From Isurus oxyrinchus (lineage: Eukaryota), in assembly GCA_026770705.1 (NCBI GenBank), contig JANJGN010000052.1, forward strand, positions 1,426,001 through 1,490,000: DNA of 64,000 nucleotides. Direction: 5' to 3'. Position 1 is the first letter of the stretch. Each line of letters begins with the position of its first letter. A program made the position numbers and the translations under genes. The notes beneath the pieces are model-generated. The model searched no databases. It was not told the DNA's origin and saw only the letters and a program-made list of their open reading frames with translations. Shown here in pieces: positions 63,477 to 64,000 of this stretch.

Positions 63477-63742
63477 TTAAACACACTGAGAGAAAAAGCT
63501 GGACACCCAGCCCAGGGACTGAGGGACCAATGAATTTTTGTCATGTTTGGTGAATCGATTTGCGATGTCCATTCTGAATCTCTCCTTCCTTGTCTTGACA
63601 TTAGTTTATTCCCAGGAGCTGTTTAATTCCCTGAAATGTGACATTTAAACACAAGTTGTTGTTGTTTGAGGAAGAAACACTGGGGACAATTTCTGAAAAA
63701 GTCTCTGTCTTTATCATTTTCCATTTAGATGAGGAACTGAAG

Positions 63743-63788
63743 ATGGGAGAGGTCGGTCTGATATTGATCTTCATCAGCTTGCTGCAAG
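63743..63788 (+). CDS. Signal-peptide (leader) exon of a downstream gene, probably another Siglec/IgSF receptor
   Basis: AAGATGG Kozak context; MGEVGLILIFISLLQ + G|gtacaa phase-1 donor; upstream acceptor ttttccatttag at 63728. Confidence 0.75.
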
Positions 63789-63847
63789 GTACAAATTCAT
63801 TACTGATCGGAACTCAGGGAATTGGATTCTTTCCTGGAGTGAGGAAG

Positions 63848-64000
63848 TGAGGATGTTTCAGAGATAGGGAAGGTTGTAGGGGGGGTTGTAGGAGCTGGAG
63901 GAGGTTACAGAGTTAGGGAGTGTTGCAGGGGCTGGAGGAGGTTACAGAGAGAGGGAGGGGAGTAGGATCTGGAGGAGGTTACAGAGATAGGGAGGGTTGT
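63848..64000. repeat. G-rich minisatellite (ctggaggaggttacagagatagggaggg-like), runs off the window
   Basis: 3-4 imperfect tandem copies. Confidence 0.8.

Noticed and set aside
30389-63486. Minus-strand S/L/H/T-rich ORFs
   Set aside because: Artefacts of the (CT)/(CA) satellite.

Overview
Vertebrate genomic DNA, most likely from a shark or other cartilaginous fish, judged from the SINE, LINE, Penelope and minisatellite repertoire. There are three N-gaps. Bases 1-14.1 kb hold most of a + strand Siglec (sialic-acid-binding Ig-like lectin) gene: a V-set exon with the essential Arg, a domain-2 C2 exon, and a tandem array of ~1-kb exon+intron units giving 7 near-identical 282-bp C2-set exons plus one internally deleted and one 5'-destroyed copy. 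These are followed by a TM exon and cytoplasmic exons with ITIM/ITSM motifs. Its signal-peptide exon is not in the window. The intron after the V exon contains a Penelope-type fragment with a sense-strand minimal hammerhead ribozyme. Bases 14.3-23 kb are nested retroelement debris, including a LINE split by a solo-LTR-like insertion. From 20.8 kb a duplicated segment occurs twice. In the second copy a 33-bp minisatellite is split by a 4.2-kb 43-bp minisatellite, and the adjacent GA/GT microsatellite is replaced by a ~34-kb ~70-bp satellite with higher-order structure. At 63.7 kb a signal-peptide exon marks the start of the next gene, probably another Siglec-like paralog. Repeat-family names come from recalled consensus similarity, not database searches.
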